From an uncultured Planctomycetia bacterium (GTDB lineage Bacteria > Omnitrophota > Gorgyraeia > 2-02-FULL-51-18 > JAGOUK01), in NCBI GenBank assembly GCA_964430735.1, contig CAYSFB010000002.1, positions 7,390 through 71,389 on the forward strand: a DNA stretch of 64,000 nt, given 5' to 3'. Under the pieces are notes generated by a model that had not been told where the DNA came from, did not search any database, and saw nothing but the letters and a program-made list of their open reading frames with translations. Numbering within the stretch: position 1 is the first letter of the stretch; each line of letters begins with the position of its first letter. Both the position numbers and the translations under genes were made by a program. This document shows positions 53,701 to 59,700 of this stretch, piece by piece.

Positions 53701-56700
53701 GGCGCAACGTCAGTCGCGCGGCGCTTGAGCCAGTCCGGAAGGATCCGCTTCCACCCGCTCTGCGCCAGCCGCGCGCCGGACCGAGCTGCAGGGCTCAGTT
53801 GATAGACGCTCGGTGATTCAGATCGCCCGGGCCGGCCGCCCATCAGCGTCGGGTCCAACGCGAGGGATGGGTCAAAATAGACCGAGCGGGCATGCGGCAT
53901 CCATAACCGATGCCACTCATTGAGCTCCCGGACACGCTGGTCAAAGATCGGCTTCACTTCCCCGGCGATCTGCGCAATGGCGTAGAGCGATTGATGAGCG
54001 ACGGCCCGCAGCTGCGCCGAGCTGCTGTTCAGCAGCACGAATGCCCATTCAGCAAGATCCGCGATCGATTCCGCGGCGTCCGGATCCCCCGGCTCCGAGG
54101 ACTCAAGCTCCACACGCATTTCCTCAAGCACCTGCAGCATCGCTTTGAGCTCCGCCCGACGCTTCACTTCCTTAATAGCCCGAACCAGCGGAAGGGCCGT
54201 GACCGCAAACATCGGGTGAAGCCAAACCGAGGCCGCAAGAACCGGCATCGCGAATCCCGCAATCAGGAACGCGGGGCCGCTGACCCGGTCCGCTTCCGGA
54301 TGACTCCGACGAAAGGCTGTGATCAAACGCGGCAGAATCTGCCGAGCTACTTCAACCGGCTGAACCGCTGCAACCATTTCGGGTGTGATCTCGACCTTCG
54401 CCGCATGCGGGGCCTCTTTGCCCAGCCGGCGGAAAAGCCGCTCCCGTTCGATCTCCGAGTCCCTTAACAGCTGCTCAAACCCTTCCGACCCACCCGTTCC
54501 CGCCAACCGCGCGCCGGCCGCAAAATCGACCGGAAGATCGATCTCGAGGCGCGTGCCCCAAGAAGGGTCTGAATCGATCTGCAGGAGACCGCGATGCTCG
54601 GCGATCGTCTCAACCGCCGTCGGCATTCCGATACCTCTGCCGCCAAAATAAACGCCCTGCTCGGACCGGTCCCTGGAATAAGCGAATTTGAATATGTCCG
54701 GAATGTCTTCGGGTTTCATTCCCACGCCGTTGTCCTCGATCGTCACCCGGACATGCTGCGTCTCCGCCATAAATTGAGCTTTGACCAGGATCCGGGACCG
54801 GCTCCGGTAACTGAAGTAGCTTCTTCCTTCCCGGACGATCGAAGCGAACACCGCATTGCGGATCAATTCGCGAAAAGCGTTCAACAGACGCACACGGTCG
54901 CCCGTCATCGACGGCAGGCCGTTTTCGAAGTCGGTCTCGATCTCCACCGGCCTATGATGCTCCGGATGACGACCGCGCTCGCGCTCAATCGCTTCCTCCA
55001 GCAGCCGGCCCGCGTCGATCGACGGATCAATAATTCCCGAGTAACTGCCGCTGGTGTCCTTGAGCAGGATTTCCAAATGCTCCGACAGCCTCCACATCCA
55101 TCGGCGCAGAGCAGAAATCTGCACCAGAACGGACTGCACCTCGTCGGACGCGAGCAATTCCGGCTGAAGCTGGATTTGCCTGAGCGGTTGGTCATAAATG
55201 CTGGTGTTGGAAAAATCCTTGAGAAAACCCGAGACAGACTTCAGAGACGCTTCAGATCGGACGTCCTCCTTGACTTCGAGACCCGCGCGCATCCGCTCGA
55301 TCGCTTCGGAATTCCGGACGGCGTGGTCGCTGCCCGCGAGACGATCCAGCCCGCGTAGAAGCTCAAGGTAGTCCGAAAGACCTGACCGGGTCTGGGTCAC
55401 AACGAACTTCGCATACTCCGCAATCCCCCGTTCCGGGTCAGCCGCAATCGTTTCCCGCAAACGGACAAAATAATTGAGGCCCTGAGCCAGCCGCGCGCCA
55501 ACGGCCGGCATTCTCCGGATCAGGGCGAGGTTCTTGGTTTTTTCGATCACGAATAAGCCGTACGCGCCGCTCTCGACGATGCGGTAGGGGTTCCTCAAAC
55601 CGCTTACTTCCCCTTGATAGGAAAAAGCGTCGTCGTACAGAATCAGCCGATGATTGTATCCATAACTGCGGATCTCGCTCTTGAGCTTCAGCTCCGGATC
55701 AAACACCAAGACCCGGTTGCTGTGCTCGTCTCCGACCAGAATAAGGCCGTTGGGGTCCACATTGATCGCGGTCACGCTGTTCATCAATGATAATAACCGC
55801 GTCTTTTTAAGCTCCGGATCATAAATGGCGATCCGTCCCCCGCCGCCGGTGATCCAATTGCCTTCGCGATCCGCCGCAATGACGTCGATCGGCAGGTCGG
55901 CCTGCATCTGATGGAGCTTGCGGCCGGTGACGATATCATAAATCGCCATCGAATGATCGGCCGAATCCGAGTTCGAAGTTCTGACGGCCAAACGACCCTC
56001 GTCGTTCAGCGCCCAAACCGGAACCGTCTGGATTCCGCCCAAAAACGGATTTGATATTCTTTGGATCAAATCGAGATCAGGGCCATAAACCAGAACGTCT
56101 CCGGACGCAACGTCGGCCAGGACGATCCTGTTCCCGGGGTCCGATTCGATGGAAGGATGGAATCTACCGATGATCCCGCCTGTCTTGCGCAGCGCAGCAT
56201 CGTACGCCGTCAGGCCTCCGACGCTCACCGTCCAAATCCGTCCGTCGGTTCCGGCGGTAACCGCCTCGGGCGATTCCTCCGCCCGGATCTCGCGTAGAAC
56301 CCTAAGGTCCGATCCCAGCACCTTGATCGTTCCGTCCCGCCAGGACTTCCGGATCAGCCTTCCGGCCGGGTCGGATATGAGTTCGTCGGACCGGTATCCG
56401 TCGGGGGCCTTGAGCCACCGCTCCTTCACCGCTCCATACGCGCTGCTGCTCCGCAAAGCCTGCAATAAAGACTCGGTCAGATCGACAAGATGCTTGAGCG
56501 ACGTGTCCGAACGGGTTGCTGAAGGAACTTCGAGTCGGTCGCCCTGCCATTCGGTCTGGAACTTTTTGAGGAATTGCCTCAATACAGGCCGCAGCGGCTC
56601 CGGATCCGTTCCGATTCCCGTCAACGCGTAAAAAATCCCGTACCCGTTCATGAGAATATTTTCGATCTGCGCCCGGGTGAGGCCGTTGATGAAGCCCGCA

Positions 56701-59700
56701 TAGGCGACGGCGATCAGCCACTCCACCATCTCCTGACCCATCGCAAAATCGAGATTCGTGTTCTCGTTGACCGCGTCAAAATGCTCGTAGTCGTCGATCC
56801 CGGATCTGCGGAGATTCACATAGCGCATGCTCTCCTGAAGATTCTGAACCTCGCCGATAGGATCCACGTTCCAGAACCATTTTTCTCCGAAGGCTTCCGA
56901 ATGCGTCAGCGGCGTCAGCGACGTGTGGATCCGTCCGTGGAGCATGCCCAGACTCAGATCGCGCACCGCCTTTCCGGAAAATTCATCGAGCGCTTTTCCG
57001 CGCAGCGCGGGATCGATATCGGTGTAACGGCGGGTCAGGTACTGACGGGAGGTTTTTTTGGCCCTGAACTTGAGAACATGCTCCGGATTGAGGTTGGTCG
57101 GGTACTTTCCGATGATGTCATTGAGTTTTCCGACCTCCGCCAGCGGCTCAGGCGCATCGGGGATGCCGATCCGGCGGGCCGCGAGCATGTTCTGATACTG
57201 ACTGATAAGCTTTTTACCGCCGGGGTCATCGCCGTTGGCGAACTTGTAACCGATCAGATACTCACCGCCCGGCTCTTCCTCGATCAGGTAGGTCCGCCCC
57301 TGCCAAAATGCCCGTCGAATAGACGGATGTTTGACGCTTGTCTCATTCAAGATCGAATCCCCTTCTTGTCCGCTGAAGTCAGGGACTCCATGCCGGGATC
57401 CGTCCCGATGCCGGGTGACAAATGCGATCGCCGTGGTAAACGCCGATTTCAACCGGCCCATCAAAGTCGTTTTGACTTCCTCGTTCGAAACATCTGCCAG
57501 CCGCGCGCCGTCGGCGCGGCGCGCTTCGCGAACCGAATCTTCAAGCTTCTTCAGCGTCCGGTTGTAGACAGCCTTTATGCCTTCGGGCTGATAGGTGTTC
57601 AGGCGGCGGAGCTCTCCCGGGCGATCCGGGTCAACGGCGTCGACGGACATGCTTTGGGGGGTGACGTTGACCATGAAGCTCGTCGCCGGATCGACGGTGA
57701 ACAGAAAAACGCGGCCCCTGTCGATCCTTCCGAGCGGCTCGACGGTGCGATAAGCCTTTTTCCTGAGGACCAGCGAAAGGTCTTCGATCGTCGGCATCGC
57801 CGCGGTGTTTTGGCCGGTCAGACGCGCCACGGCCTCGGACAAAGCCAGGTCTTTTGCCTTTATGGCCGGTGCGGCCGGCAAAACGGGGGGTAGTTTTTCC
57901 AGCTCGGGCACGCCCGCCTCCAGGCGCTTCTGGATTTTGATCAATTCGCTTTTTGACTTCTTGTGAGGGCCGAGCATGCGGATGTGGATCTGTTTCTTTT
58001 TGATGCTGATGTGAGAAACGATCGCTTTGTCGCGCCGCGCCAGATCCAGCGCCTGCGCAATCACTTCCGGTCCGACGCCCATTTTTAAATATGCCTGCCA
58101 ATAGGGAAATTGCGGTCCGGACAGCGTGATTTGCCGGGTGTCGGCCGTCTGGAGGCGCCGTCCCAAAATTTCGAGCGTCCGAACGGACAGGTTCTTGATA
58201 ACGATCTGCGGGTCGACCGGCGGGACCGGCGTCCGCACCGGGAGCGGCGGCAACGTGCCCTGCCGCTCCGTGATCGCCGCCAGAGTCTTCAACGCAAGAT
58301 CGAAGCTGTACATCCGCAGCATCAGCTCCGCGTCCTTTTGCATGGATGCAATGCGTTCATCGCTCAGCGCGTCGTGGGCATTTTCCAGGCCCGCCATGCG
58401 CCGGAACCGGACAAATTCAGTTTTGCGGACGGGGCCGGCGAGGATGCTCCTGCCGTCCGAGAAGACCCAGTGGACGATCCGCCGCACATCCGACGGCATG
58501 TTGTCCGGCCGTCGACTGCCCGCCACAAAATGATGGCGCCGCTTGTACAGTTTGGCGAGCAGCACCCGGGCGAACCCGAATCGGCTCATGCTGCGATGCC
58601 CGCGTTCCTTGCGGGCGATCTGGCTGCGGTACCAGTCCGCGAGCGCAAGCGCGGTGACGAATTCCGGAGTCTCGCCGGGAAATAAACGGGTATACAGGTC
58701 AATGGTCTCGTTTTGAGTCTTGAGCACGCGGTTCAAAAAGCGGGCCTCGCCGTCTGTGGCGAAGTGAATGAACAGCTCATAACGCTTCAAGGGCGGGCCG
58801 TGCCGGTCGCGAGAATCCGCGAGATACCGCCGTAAACGGCGGTGCTGACGGCTCAGCGTCTCGGTAAACGCTTCGCCGGGTTTGCGGGCCTGCTCGTCCA
58901 GCGCAGTAGGAGAGACCGAGGCCCATTCGCGCAAGGCCTCCTTTGCCGGAATCGCGACGAGTCCGTTTTGATCCGCCCGGACCCGCTGCTCGAACCGGCC
59001 GTCGCGGCGCCACCGCACCGTATACACGGGCGGCGATCCGGCCGAGGCCTGCCGGCTCAGGATCAGGCCGGTCGGAGAATCGGGCCCGAGCTTCACAAAA
59101 TCCCCCGGCTTGAATCCGTCGTCCCGTCCGACGGACGCCAGCCGCGCGCCGGCCGAACGGCGCTGCCGCAGCGCCAGATCGAAGCCGTAATGGAGTTCGT
59201 CGTCGGTCCGATGATGCGCCTGAAAAATATTACGGCGGGCCTTGAACCCGGCCTCGGTATATCGGCGAAGCTCGTCGCTGAACGACCTCTCCGATGCAAA
59301 TCCCAAATCCTGAAGCGGCGCCTGGAACGAACGGCTCTCGTAAACCGAGCCGTCGTAATTCGTGTCGTCCGTCATCAGGAATCCGCCTTCGCGCACGGAC
59401 GCCGCCAGCTCCGGTAAAAAGCGGGGGTACCACGACGCCATGTCCCACGGGGCCCGCTGGTAATAAATGTCGATTTTGCGGGCCAGGGCTTTTTTGAGAA
59501 CGTCCGGATAAAGCTCCGACTCCACCACATTGGCCTGGATCAGCGTGATCGAATAGCGCTTTTCGCGGAGCCCGGGATAGGCCCAGCGGAACGTCACGGT
59601 CGCGGCGCCCGAATCGGAATGGATTCGGATCGAATCCTTCCGAACCCCGATCGCCTGGAGCTCTCCCAGGAATTTTTGGGCGGGAGAGATCAGGCCGGCG